Source: Podarcis tiliguerta
Taxonomy: Eukaryota
Direction: 5' to 3' (one strand)
NCBI GenBank assembly: GCA_965153285.1
Contig: OZ229110.1
DNA length: 64,000 bases
The translations under genes were made by a program, and so were the position numbers. Shown here piece after piece: positions 25,651 through 38,510 of the stretch. The notes beneath the pieces are model-generated. The model was not told the origin of the DNA. It was given only the letters and a program-made list of their open reading frames with translations, and searched no databases. How positions within the stretch are numbered: position 1 is the stretch's first letter; every line of letters starts with the position of its first letter.

Positions 25651-25780
25651 CAAGGGGAAGCAGCCATGTGCAATCTATTAAAATATATTTGTGCCTGGCT
25701 CTTCAGAGTACTTGTTTGAAAATAACAGCAACCAACCAACTGGTAGCCTACGTTTGTATGATAGTCAGGGTAGTGGATTG
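25651..25780 (+). repeat. 130-bp direct repeat, copy 2
   Basis: 127/130 identical to 25066-25195. Confidence 0.95.
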
Positions 25781-26529
25781 AGCCTGCAACAGAAAGCATT
25801 TTGGTGAAAGGTGCCATTCAGAAATCCAGTAAAGTCTTCTCCATTAGGACAAATGGGGCATTGCTCCACCAACCTCAATTTGCCTTCAGCCAATTCTCAA
25901 CTGCCTGCCTGACTCTCAGCTCAAAAGTCCATGTCTCTCTTGATGAAAGTGAAACGGCAAGAGGGGAAATGAGAAGGTGCAGCAGAGGTAAACCCAGTTC
26001 CAGGGCTCCCCACCCCACCCCGCTGAGTGCAATTGACAGATTCACCTGGCTGTGTAAGCAAATGAGGCGATAGAGAGTCTTTCAGGTTTGTTTGTAACAG
26101 ATTCACATAGGAGATGTGAGAATGGGGAGAATTCTCAAGTGGAGTCTCAATACTTCTTTCATTTCCTTTGATGGAATTCCTATGTCATCTAGCAGCTACT
26201 ATTTCTTAGCATTCATTTCTAATTAAAAGCTGGAGGTTGCATTTCAACTGTATGAAGATCTTTTGTGCTTTTCAAGTTGAACCTATGCAGACAGAAGCAA
26301 GCACCACTGGTTCAGTGGAGCACCACAACAACTTCAACAAAAGCAGCCCTTCTTTCTTCAAAAGATAATAAACAGCAACTCATGAAATACTATGAGGCAC
26401 ACCTGAGAGAACAAACACATTGTCTCATCCTCAGCTCCAAGGCCTGCACTAAGGCCTCAAAGAAGAGAGAGGTTAATCCTTGCATGCTACCTCATCCTGT
26501 GAAATGGTAGAGCCATACCTGGCTATTTA

Positions 26530-26610
26530 GTTGAGATTCCTGTATTACAGCAGGTTGGACTAGGTAACCCTTGGGATCTCTTCCAAATCTAAAATTCTAT
26601 GATTCTATTT
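26530..26610 (+). mobile_element. CR1 LINE extreme 3' end
   Basis: GGTTGGACTAGGTAACCCTTGGGATCTCTTCCAA followed by the CR1 octamer tail ATTCTATGATTCTAT. Confidence 0.75.
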
Positions 26611-26760
26611 CCCCTGCTCCAGTCACAAAGACCCTCTAAGACTGAGCCTTACTCCCAAACTTGCCTGCAACAAAGACTTGTGAAGAGCAAAGTTAAAAAA
26701 AGCAGTGATGTCCATTTATCTATGCGTATGGACTACTCATGGTTCTTCATCTCTCTAAAT

Positions 26761-26899
26761 CAGGAATGTGGGACTTGTGGCCTACCTGGTGTGGCTGGAC
26801 TACAATTCCTATCATCCCTGACCATTGGCCAATGCTGGTTGTGGCTATTGGGACTTGGAGTCCAACAACATCTGGAGGTCTACAGGTTCCCCATCCCTG
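26761..26899. mobile_element. hAT-type MITE
   Basis: CAGGAATGTGGGAC...GTTCCCCATCCCTG TIRs; 8-bp TSD CTCTAAAT/CTGTAAAT. Confidence 0.8.
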
Positions 26900-27483
26900 C
26901 TGTAAATCCCAATGTCACTTGCTCTCACTTTTGCTGCTTACCAGAGTATGTTTGAAACATCCAGATACAATTTGTTTATTTCAGTTCTGCCAAAAACCAA
27001 GCTGTGTTTTGTGTCTCAAACATTTCAGATCAAATAAAGATTCTTTCTCCCTCACGAGTGTCATTTTCCACTACATGGAGAAGCCTACCTGTTCCTCCAT
27101 CCATATCCCACCAAATCCCAAAAGAGTTAATTAGCTGTTTATATTTTTATCAACCAAATAATAAAAGTGATGCAGGTTACCATGCCAATTAGGGAGTTTA
27201 CTCCAGAACAAGTCTCTCTTGCCATTAACGTTGTTCACCCAGGGGATCAAGATCTAAACCTCGTTGCTGCTGCTATCCAATTCACTTATCAGAGATCCTC
27301 AGAATAACAAACTGCCTTGTTTCCCACAAGTTTCCTTATTTGGAGTTCAAATCTGTGATAGTTTTGATCCAAGTTGCTGATTTGCAGATAGTCAGTGGGG
27401 AGAGCTAAAGACTTCTGAAACAGCTCTTCTGTCTCTGGAACTTGCTCTAGCTATCATTTGGCCACAGAGAATCTTCAATATTT

Positions 27484-28975
27484 AGTGGGTCTTCCATGAG
27501 AACATGTGCAGCACTGTCCAGTATGATGGCACATCTTCAGATGTTATTCCTATAAAGAGCAGTGTGAAACAGGGCTGTGTTCTCATCTGACTCTCTTTAG
27601 CATATTCTTCTTTCTTTCTGGTGCTCTCATATGCCTTCAGTTCAACCAAAGACTGATGAAGGTGTTGACTCAGGATGTTTCCAGCACTCCACACATCAGC
27701 ATCTACCACTGAGGTGGTAGGCAATTTTGTCTACCTGGGTTCCACCATAACTAACAAGCTCTCCATCAATGCTGAGCTGGACAAGCATTTTGGCAAGGCA
27801 ATTACAGCAATGGCTTGCCTCTCCAAATGGGTATGGGAGAATGTGATGCTAACAATCAATAGCAATACGAAGGTCCACCAATCTTGCATGCTGAACATGC
27901 TGCTTTATGAAAGTGAGTTATGGGCAATTTATACCCAATGACCCCTTAACACCTTCCGCATATGCTGCATCAGGAAGATTTGGGGGCATCACTGTTGGAA
28001 ACTGGCCCCCTCGGGAAAGGCTGACTCCTCTTCCCAGGCACTCGGGGCCTGTTGCCGATGATCTACCCTGGCTGGTTTCCAGACAGACCAGACCAGACCA
28101 GACCAGATGTCGCTTGAATAAGCGACATCTCCCTCATGAAAGGTGCACACTCCCTTCCCCCTTGCATAGCAGCAGGAGAAAGAAAACAGTCTGAAAAAGT
28201 AGTCTATTTCATTCTACTTTATTCCTGGACTGTACACTGTACAAAAACATGACTTCTCTCTCAGAAGCCTCCGAGCAACTGACTAACTCCTCCTGTACAG
28301 GAACAACAGGAAGGTCTCATGTTACACTGAGAACACAACTCTGAGAAGAGCTTGGAACTTCCTGTCCCATGCTCAGACACACCATGTGATGTAAACATCG
28401 AGTTGCTTGTTCGTAGCTGCTGGACACTCATATTACAACAATCACATGGCAGGACAGAGTCTCAAACAAAGATGTCCTCTCCCAAGCCTGGACACCTAAC
28501 ATGTTCACACTACCATCTCAGCAGCATCTATGCTGGCTTGCTCATGTCCACATAATGGAAGATGGCAGGATCCTCAAGGACATGCTCTATGGGGAGCTGG
28601 CTTCAGGTACCAAGTCTGTTGGCAGACCATTTCTGTGTTACAAAGATGTCTGCAAACCAGACATGAAGGCTGCCAACAGCAACCCCACCATGTGGGAATC
28701 CCTTGCAGACAATCACAGTGCCTGGAGTCAGGTTGTGTGTCCATAGCAGTGATCAGAGGAAGAATGATGACTGGAAGGAGCATAGGGAGAAGAAACACCA
28801 TGGTGCATCTGCAGTAGCACAACTGCCTTCATATGTCCCAGCTGCAACATAACATGTCTCTCCTGTATCTATCGCTACAACCACAGAAGGTGCTGCAACC
28901 TTCCAACAGTTCAATTTCATCCCCAAAGGTGCACTCCTCCATTGTGTCCCAAGGCAGACAGATGCCAACAACAAT
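27484..28975 (+). mobile_element. RTE-clade LINE, 5'-truncated ORF2 pseudo-coding region, interrupted by a solo LTR
   Basis: Peptides EVVGNFVYLGSTITNKLSINAELDKHFGKA...LLYESELW and WLAHVHIMEDGRILKDMLYGELASG are typical of RTE ORF2 downstream of the RT core; frameshifts and stops present; (CAA)n tail near 28967. Confidence 0.85.
27993..28440 (-). mobile_element. Solo LTR (448 bp)
   Basis: TGTTG...CAACA termini; perfect 5-bp TSD ATCAC (27988-27992, 28441-28445); AATAAA on minus strand at 28218-28223; splits the RTE element. Confidence 0.9.
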
Positions 28976-29146
28976 AGTGGACTCATAGGAAGAACTAGGT
29001 AACCTTTTAGAGATAAGCTATTGGCAAAAAAGGACATAGCTGTGATGGGTGTGAGTGTGTACTAGAGAAAGTATTTGTAAGACGTAGAAACTTAATGAAA
29101 GATATTTGATGTTGATGTCAGTTGGATAATGATCTATTTTTCACAT

Positions 29147-29149
<3 letters not shown>

Positions 29150-29180
<31 letters not shown>
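29150..29180. repeat. (GT)n microsatellite
   Basis: Seen directly. Confidence 0.95.
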
Positions 29181-29183
<3 letters not shown>

Positions 29184-29324
29184 CTGTTGGTCAGTCCATC
29201 TGCACAGTAGGTATCTAGAAAATTTCAGATACTCTAAATACTCTCTCCAGAAAGAGCTGGAGATGCTAGGAAGTTTTTCTGTTTTGCCCTAAGTGATTGA
29301 TGCTTATGTTGACCACAATATTGA

Positions 29325-29472
29325 GATCATTGGTCCATTTAGTGCAGCACTGCCAACACTGATTGGCAGACACTCTTCACAGTTTTAGATAGTAGATATT
29401 CCCACTCCTACCTGGAGATTGAATTGGGACATTTTGGATGCAAACCATGTGCTCTACCACTGAGCTGTGGCC
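29325..29472 (-). mobile_element. Squam3-type SINE (degenerate)
   Basis: GCTCTACCACTGAGCTGTGGCCC is the reverse complement of the tRNA-like head; body similar to the 20826 and 48367 copies. Confidence 0.65.
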
Positions 29473-31442
29473 CACCCATTCCAACTATGGCACTCCATGA
29501 TCCTAAGATCTCTTTCCTGGTTCCTTCACCATCAGTTAACATATAAGCAAGGTGAGTATATTTTGCCTCAGTGTGCTTAATTTTCACTTGCTTACACTGA
29601 AGTGCATTTTTGAGATATCCTTTTGGAACTGCGTTTCTTGTTTTGTGGCCCTAAGTAATTTGATTTGGTGTCATCAGCAAAAATGACCACCTTAATGATC
29701 ATTATAAGTGAAAAAGCAGTTGGGACACCACACTGCATATGCTCCTCTAATGGGAGAACAAACTCTTTGTGCTTGTTTTTTTATTGTTAAGTAACACCTT
29801 CCTTTCAGCGGTCTTTGCTTAGAATCTCACTACAATAAAATTATTAATGTGTATTTACATAATTAGCTTGTTTTGTTTGACTTAATTATTTTTACTTAAC
29901 ATTTCCCCCTGGCTCCAGAGACAGCAAAGTGATTCATTCTCTTGTACCACTCTTAGAATTCTCTCCTTAAAAGTTTTTCCTCTTTCCTAATTTCACCCAG
30001 AAGGACAGTAAACACTCAGGTACATGCGAATAATGACTTCTTTCTGCTCAGCAAGAAATGCCATTTTTGGCTGGTAACAGGGAACCATGATAGTTTGCAT
30101 AAGAGTTTTGTGCCTGCAGCAGGTAGACAGGAGAAAGCAAGGATGCGAAGGAAGCACATGGAGATTTGAGTGGGAAATAGCTGAAAACATTATAACAAAG
30201 AAAATATTGATCAAATATTGATTGCCAAATCAAGTAGGCAACAAATAAATTTTAATATCACCAATCATTGCCCCCCGCCGTATTAAAGAGCAGAAAACAC
30301 TCGTCTGGTGCAGAAAGAGAATGTGGTAAACCTCAGCAATAGATAAAGGGTCAAACGGCATTTGAATACCTTAGCTAGTATGTTATTGCAATAGTAAACA
30401 TTAATGCATTCGCTTCCCCCAAAATATGGTGTTGCAAAAGGAGCAATCAAATTCAAGAACAGTGTTGTGGTTCTGGTACATCTCCTGCTGCTTCCCAGAG
30501 GCAAATCCAATTTAGCACAGCTGTCTTTTAAAGCCTCTAAAATGGAGGGCTTTCTCTCTCCCAGTGCATTAAGTGATAATGTAAATGACTTTTTAATGCT
30601 CTAAGCCTTAAATGTGCTCACTCCACTATTTCCTTTTCAGCAGCGGTCAGTGAGATGCACACTGGAGCCATAAATGCAGACTCATTCACTCTACAGTGCT
30701 AAAACTGGACATCCTAGAGTTGGGAAGACACAGCACCAAATCCTACAGTGTTACTGAGAGTTCTTTGAGCATCTTTTGATTAACCTCCCCAGGAGAATGT
30801 ATTGTACACAAAGATATTATTCATTGCAGATACTACAGAGTGGCAGAAAGGACAAGTGTACAAAGTAGGTCTAAGATGCTTTACCTTCACATAATCTCCT
30901 GTAGTTCTTTCACACATTCTTTGCCAAAGGAAGTGTACCACAGCTTATGCACACATTCCATTTGAATTTATCTTTTGATTGTCATATCAAGCCCATGTTT
31001 AGTTCTAAGTAGCTATAGTTCAACCTCTTCCAGACTTTAAGCCCTGGCTCAAAGCAATACATAAAGAAGTGTGTACAAGACAAGACCCTCTGGAAGTACT
31101 GCACATCATACAATATGGTGCATGGCAAATGTTCTGGAGAAAGGCTGGCAACTTGATTTCTCACTGTGACACTTTCCAGGTGAGCAGGAAATCAGCCATT
31201 AAGACAAGGGACACACGGAACAAAGTCCACCCATTATTTTTACATGGATAATTTAATCTCCCTGCAAGCTTAAGTTGTTTTCCTTTTTTTCAGGACACTA
31301 CTCAGCAATGTTTCAGATCTCACATTTGCAATCTCATAGCAAAACTAAGCAGAGGAATAACACAACATGCAATGTACCCACCCAACCTCTAAGAGCCACC
31401 CTAAACTGAGGGAACAGGGCTAGGATTGACTACATTTAAATA

Positions 31443-31657
31443 CAGTGGTACCTTGGGTTATAGACGTTTCAGGTTACAGACTCTGCTAACCCAGAAATAG
31501 CACCTCGGGCTAAGAACTTTACCTCAGGATGAGAACAGAACTGGTGCTGTGGCAGCGGGAGGCCTCATTAGCTAAAGTGGTACCTCAGGTTAAGAACAGT
31601 TTCAGGTTAAGAACGGACCTCCAGAACGAATTAAGTTCTTAACCTGAGGTACCACTG
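31443..31657. mobile_element. Tc1/mariner (pogo/Tigger-type) MITE
   Basis: TA|CAGTGGTACCTTGGGTTA ... TAACCTGAGGTACCACTG|TA. Confidence 0.92.
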
Positions 31658-31743
31658 TAGATGCAAATTAAGTCAAAATAATTTTCTGAACTGTTTCTTT
31701 AAGTCAGTCTATTCCTCAACAACAGATCACCACCACCACCATC

Positions 31744-31804
31744 ATCATAGCATTTGAAGGGACCCCCTGAGGGTGATCTTGCCCAACCCCCTGCAATGCA
31801 GGAA

Positions 31805-31835
<31 letters not shown>

Positions 31836-32021
31836 TTAATTAATTGATTAATTAATTATATCCCACCCATCTCAACCAAAGCATCCATGACTGATGGCCA
31901 TCCAACCTCTGCTTAAAAACCTCCAATAAAGGAGAGTCCACCACCTTCTGGGGGAGTCTGTCCCACTGTTGAACAGCTTCTACAGTTAGAACATTCTTCC
32001 TGAGGTTTAGTCAGAATCTCC
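31744..32021 (-). mobile_element. CR1 LINE 3' fragment containing an (AAAT)n tract
   Basis: GAAGGGACCCC...CAACCCCCTGCAATGCAGGAAT and CCATCCAACCTCTGCTTAAAAACCTCCA...TCCCACTGTTGAACAGC are antisense CR1 3' motifs. Confidence 0.75.
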
Positions 32022-32090
32022 AACTTAAGACTAGTTCCCATCTCCAACTCGTGAGTGTTAACACTTCTGTAGCTTTCCATGCACAAAAGG

Positions 32091-32740
32091 TGTCCTGAAC
32101 CCCGGGCCTACCTGGTAGCAAGTCAGTATGTCGAGTCCAAAGTCCAAGGGTCAGGAAACGAGGTTCAGGGCCAGGCCAAGTCCAAAGTCCAGCAGTGAGG
32201 AGACAACCCAGAAGCACAATCCCATGGAGGTTCAGGAGTGTTAAAGTCCATTTACATGGGCAGTTGAGCAGACACAGCACCTCAGCCCTGCTGCCCTGTA
32301 ATACTTTGTTTGCTGATTACAGCATCTGGGCTTGGTGAGGCTTGATGAAGCATGTGACCCTCACCTGCCCTGAGTCTACTCCAGCTGAGGAATCACACAC
32401 CTTCTCCCAGAGCTAGCGAGCCCCACCTGACCAGCTAGTGAGCTGAGCTGTGGGCCTTTGCCTGCCTCAGCCTCCTGCAGCACCACACCTACTGCTTCTA
32501 CGCCTCAGAGCCTGCCGTGTTTGTGGAGACAGGGGCCTCTCTGGCTCTGGTGATGGGTCCTGCTGCTCTGGTTCCTGTGCATTGACTCCCAGCTGCTCAT
32601 CATCTTCTGTCACCCTGTGAGTACTTCCTACATCAACCTCTCCTTCCCCAACCCCAACTTGCCCCAGTGTGTTCCAGTCCCGGCTACAGCCCTCGCTGGG
32701 ATCCCCTTCCTCCTCCCTGTTGTCCTGCCAGTTCATGACA
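32091..32740 (-). mobile_element. Solo LTR (650 bp, Gypsy-like)
   Basis: Inverted termini TGTCCTGAAC/GTTCATGACA (9/10); 5-bp TSD AAAGG/AAAGA (4/5); GC-rich interior. Strand is tentative. Confidence 0.75.
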
Positions 32741-34204
32741 AAAGAGAAGTATCAGGAAATCCCTGAGGTTTGCAGAAGGAGGTTTTTTGTTTTTTAAGGG
32801 GTATTCAAATAGGAGCATACAAATGTTGTAGCCATCATTCCAGAGGCAAAGAGGCTGCTCAGGATTGGGAAAGTTACAGAAAAGGGCATCTAAAAGGTTT
32901 TGGGACTGAGGTACCTGCCATCTGAGACAAACCTAAATGAATCTGGCTCTTTTGAGTTTAAGGGAAGGGAATAATTTGCCCTTGGTTGATTATCTTTACT
33001 CCATAGTGAAAAGGGAAGGAAACTCCTTTCCAATTCTTGTGACTAGTTTAATTCTCACTCTCATTAACTCTCTTCAACCTTAATGAACTTACCTTTTATT
33101 TGTCCTTATCCCTGGACCATTATCACTTTCACAACAGTCCAGGAATGTTACCTTTTTTAATTAGCTGCTGCTAATTAACCTCTGAATGCCAGATGAGAAA
33201 GCACAAAAGCGAGCACGAATTACACAGGACCATGCTTTTTTTTAGCTGAGCAATGGGAAACCAACCTGCATTGTGAACAATGGCTTTGAACGAAGAGCTT
33301 TTGAATGCTTCTGAACGATATCTCTTAATAATAATAAAAAAGAACCATTCAAGCGTTCATTGTATTATGTACAGGATGAGAACACATTCCAGTCTTAAAA
33401 GCATGCAGAAAAATAGTCAGAGCTTCAATATGAAAACCATGGGCTCCTTGCTTCCCCAATGACTAATGTATCATTATTTTCCCATTGCTCACCCTGATGC
33501 TTGCATAGCAAAAGAGTTAATGGTAAAGTGCATTTCTTGAAAGCATAATACAAATGGGAAGGGGGGAGACAAATGTCACTTTGGATGTTCTCTGAAGGAA
33601 AAAACAAGCAAGTAGCAATATGATTGGAAAGGCTTCTCGTAAATTCTCATGTGGATACAGATTCACGGGGGGGGGGGGTAGAATTTCATGTAAGGTTCAC
33701 AGGACTTAATGGAGCTGGCCTCCAGCTAACATAACTTGGATGCAAATTATTGCAGCTTTGAAATTTGATGTCAACAACTGCCACTGACATTTTCATGAAG
33801 TTGATCAGGTCCTGACAATAAGTGAACATTTGAGCGATGGCAATTTCCACACTTTATTCTGAATTATACAATGTCTCTAGAAATGGTATCCTTATTGCCC
33901 CAAATAAGGAAGAACCTGAACATAAGGTTGAATGCATTTTCCCCTAGCCTCATACATATTAGAGGAGGAAAATAGAGCCATTCTAGTTTCAGGGAGCAAT
34001 TAGATACCTACCTTGCCCATAGTGCCCAGAACTCATTTTTGAACATAGATCACTTTGCTATGGCCTTTGGAGAATAGAACTTCTAGAAGGATTGTCTGCA
34101 CACAGTCCACAATTTGTACTCAGCCACCACCACATCGCACCCCTTGCTCTGAGGGTCTGAGCCTATGTACACTGGGGTGATGACTTCCCATCAGCCTGTG
34201 GCAT

Positions 34205-34360
34205 TATGCCCCTGAACATCAGTTTCTGGGAACCACAGGAGAGCAGAGTGTTGCTGCACTCAGATCTTGCTCGCAGGCACCTGATTGGCCACTGTGAGAA
34301 CAGGATGCTGGACTAGATAGTCTTTGGCCTGACCCAGCAGGCTCATTTTATGTTCTTATG
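34205..34360 (+). mobile_element. CR1 3'UTR fragment
   Basis: GGCACCTGATTGGCCACTGTGAGAACAGGATGCTGGACTAGAT...TTATGTTCTTATG. Confidence 0.7.
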
Positions 34361-37300
34361 ACATCACCACCCTCCTTTTGTAGGCCTCTTTGAGCACAAA
34401 GAGCCTTTGGGGGAGATAGTTTGTGGCTCATGAACTAAGCAACTCCTGCAAGGCTATAATTGCCTGATGCCTTTTGAAGCTGATGGAAGAATTTTCCAGC
34501 TGTTTCAGAGGAGGCAGCATTTTTGCCTGCTCTGCTCTGCTCAGCATCTGTGTTAGCAAGCATGTTGAAAGAAGAGATTCATCTCTAATGAAGCCGACAC
34601 ATAATCTGCTGCACCGGAAAGGCCTCTCTTTTATTATTATTCAAGTGCAACATCACAACACGCAAGCCAAGTCCTATCTCATGGGGCTATTCAACAGAGC
34701 AGCAGGGCAAAAGGATGCCTCCAGGACATTCTAAGCAGGAGCCATTCTCCGTGGTGTATTTCATGTCTGCAGGCTGGGCAGTTAAGAGCAACCTTGGGCC
34801 CAGCAACAGATCTTTGGTGAGATTGCTTGCTGTTTGCTTTTGGTTAAGGATGAGAAAATCCACAATTTTCCCCAGCAGCTGCTGGTTCGCTTTCATTTTT
34901 GCAATAACAAGCATAGCTGTTATTGTCAGGTGTTATTTTACTTTACAAAAGCTGTGGCTTTAATGTTGGGAGAACTGCACGATTGATGGGTCCCATTGGA
35001 AGTACACAGCACATTAGGCCAGGTTCTTCTGGAATTGCAGAAGCACCACAAAGCCTTAATACTGATGAGCTACCCCTACCTATCCGTCAAGAAAGCAAAA
35101 GAGAAGTTTGAAGCCTATAGCTGCCCAAAGGATTAGGAGACAGTATATGTCATTTCACTTTAGGAAACACTTTGTGGGTTAATTCCAATTCCCTTTCTTG
35201 TTACTGCATCAGCATAGCACTGCAGCTGCTTTGGTAAGACATTTTGGGCATCTTGCACATCTCATTATTTGATGCCTGCTGTTAGCCAGTTGTGTGTGTC
35301 TGTCCATGCCAGTCATTCTTTCTCAGCCATAGGTCTGGTCCTAGGTTTAAGACAGCCCTACACAATATGCTTTCTGGTGGAACTTCTGCAACTACGATCC
35401 CCCTCCAGGGTGATGGCTTTCCGACAAAAATATTTGAACTCAAAGCGCAGCAGCACCACTATATCAGGTTGGGAAAGTGGTCTCTCAATCATTTCCTGGC
35501 ACAGAGGGGTAACTTGGAAGTGAAGGCAACAGGAGTCAGCACTGGGGGCCATTCTATGCCCCCCCCCAGCAATGACCCAATTACCCCCAAAGGTGATTAG
35601 TGGGAAGTGGGGTTCCTTCCCCACTTCTACATTTTTTTTAATATGTGGGAATGTAATGGAGACTTCTCCATTCACTTTCATAGAAGCAGGCATAAAATTG
35701 TGAAAAAATGAACACAATTGTTAATCCCCCCCCCCCCACTCCCTCTGATCAGATTGTGGTTGGAAAATGATTTCCTGTTATTATTAGCTAGACCTATCAC
35801 TCATAAATCCCCTCAGTTCCCCCTCCCCTTGCAAACTCAGTCAGCTTGGTGTTGTTTCTTAGGAAAATAAACAAATAAATGGTCATCCTTTCTGGGGAGA
35901 GTCAAAGGCGTAAAGTCACTTGGAAGTTTAGCAAACCCCTGAACTTGAGACATACTTTGCTGACAGTGTGATGTGATTTGGAAAGGCCAAAACCTTCCCC
36001 AAATCACCACAGAGCCAATGCACATCCCTAATAAACACAAAACTAAAAAAAGAGATTAGTCTCTGCACAGTATTGCTAATATGAGACATCACCCATGCAA
36101 CCTGTGGAGAAGTTCTGTCTAAATTAATATGATGTGCATGTTTTGCCACACTGCATGTAGTGATAACGTTTTCTGAGAATCATCCCTTAGAGCCATAGTA
36201 GCACGCAGTAAAATGGCAACATGCCTTTAAATATGAGGCGTGATTATCTATAACTATTTATCTATTTCCCTATCTGTTATTCATATACCACTCACTCTTA
36301 GGTGCTGAGGAAAGGTTTATCGGGGAATCTTGCTACGGAAAAAGGGATTTATTATAACCGTCCGGGGTGGGGATAGAGAATAAAAAAATGATCAATTCCT
36401 AAAGGGGTTTTAAAGCAACAGTGTTTGTCCTTCTTCAGCTTTATGAAGGTTATAAGTCTCTCCAGAATGATCTTCAGAGCACTATTTTAAAAAAGGATGT
36501 TTTAGCCTGCCTTGTCCCCTGAAAATAGAACCTCATCTGTACACTCAGAGAGCAGAAATTTCTTTACAGAAATATCCAGTCAACATATCTCTCCAGAACC
36601 CTCTGTTTTGAGGGAAAGCAGGACAAAGCACTACTGCTCTGCTGATGATTCAACTTCTACAATAACCTTCCTTTTTATTTAGAGGAGGGATGTCTGCAGA
36701 ATACAACCAGTCTGAATTCAGATACAAACTGACCTGATCCATACCTCCAAGGCAGATAAATATTTAGGTGGCAATCCCATATCCATTTTCCTGGGAGTAA
36801 TGAGTAGGACTGAACTGTTTTGGCAGGGGGAGTCAGGAAGCTCCCTGAACCTCTCTCTTCTTTGACCAATGAATGGGGCCATGCTAGAGCCCTTAATCGT
36901 TACAGATGTCTAACTTTGTACAGAATTGTGGCTTATAGAAGTCTGTATTTTTATCTGTTTTCTGTGGCCCAGCCCACAAACGTTAGCTATGGTTAAGACC
37001 CAATGAAACCAAGTACTCTCCCATTCCTTAAGTCCCCTTTCACTGGAACTCAGTCCTAGGCTAGCCTTTATCTAAGATCACGGACACTGAATTTAGAATC
37101 AGGGCTTTAAAAACTAGCAGACTCATGTTTATAGTCCTTCTGGTCATCTGTAATAAAATACTGTTTACTCAGTCATGAATAATTATATGGACTTGACCTT
37201 TCCCCAAATAATGAAAAACAGTCCTTTTTATCACCCATCTTTTTTATGCCAGTAGTCGAGTTTGGGAGCTTGGGAAGAGCATTATTGCAGACCCAAGAGA

Positions 37301-38066
37301 ATCTTGACAATTAACCTTTCAAGGGAACTATGTAAGAACAAGGACCAGAGATGTGGAAACATGGCTAGTTTAGTATGATTTATTTCATCTGGAATATAGA
37401 AAGCATCCAAGGTAGGCGCTTGTGCCTATGAAAATGTTGTTATGACTCAACTTTGGTTTGTTCCAAACCTACAGTGTTTTGACTGTAGATTTGAACTTCT
37501 TGGAGCTTGAATGTTTGTCTCACAGTGACAAATGCTTTCAGATGTATGACTGGTATGATGTAATCTACGGCTTCCAGATATGCATCCTGATATCAGCTCT
37601 TTGGAAAAGAGGCAAAATATAAATACAAAGAGATAAAACACAAGGACATTAAGTACGTAATTGTTTCCACTCAAGGTTTCTTCCTTTATTAATCACCATC
37701 ACTTGGCAATCACAATTTTTCCATAAAACTTGTTATTTTCTCCCACTTAATTCATGGTAGAATTAGAGAACTAGAATATGTTAATTTTCTTTCTCAAACT
37801 CTTGAGACTTTAGTTTTGTGTGTGACTGCCCCTTGTGGTGAAAAAGCAAAGTGCATGCTGTAGCCCTAGGCTGTTTCATATCCTCCTGAAGCACTGGACT
37901 GACCCCAGACTGGCTATTGGGTCCTCCTGAACTCAAAGGACTATAAGAGGTTTCCTTGTCCTAGTAAACCTTCAATTGGTCTCCCCAAGCTCTGGCATGT
38001 TCCTGTATCCCTCAGCATGTCCTTCAATCCTGAGTTGCTCTTTAGTCTTGATTACTAGCTTTTATA

Positions 38067-38422
38067 GGGATGCGGGTGGCGCTGTGGGTTAAACCACAGA
38101 ACCTAGGACTTGCTGATAAGAAGGTTGGTGGTTCGAATCCCCGCAACGGGGTGAGCTCCCGTTGCTCAGTCCCTGCTCCTGCCAACCTAGGAGTTCGAAA
38201 GCATGTCAAAGTGCAAGTAGATAAATATGTACTGCTCCAGCGGGAAGGTAAACGGCGTTTCCGTGCACTGCTCTGGTTCGCCAGAAGCGGCTTAGTCATG
38301 CTGGCCACATGACCAGGAAGCTGTACGCCAGATCCCTCAGCCAATAAAGCAAGATGAGCTCCGCAACCCCAGAGTCGGTCACGACTGGACCTAATGGTCA
38401 GGGGTCCCTTTACCTTTACCTT
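38067..38422 (+). mobile_element. Sauria SINE, full length
   Basis: Head GGGATGCGGGTGGCGCTGTGGG, B-box GGTTCGAATCC, tail CCTTTACCTTTACCTT; 11-bp TSD TAGCTTTTATA at 38056-38066 and 38425-38435. Confidence 0.93.
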
Positions 38423-38481
38423 AGTAGCTTTTATATTGCCCATGGCTCTCCACAGACTGCTGCCAATGCCTCTTGACTGAT

Positions 38482-38510
38482 TCTTTCTTTCTTTCTTTCT
38501 TTCTTTCTTT
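38482..38510. repeat. (CTTT)n microsatellite
   Basis: Seen directly. Confidence 0.9.

Noticed and set aside
32467-32736. Acidic, proline-rich 89-aa ORF
   Set aside because: Lies inside the solo LTR 32091-32740 and is low complexity.
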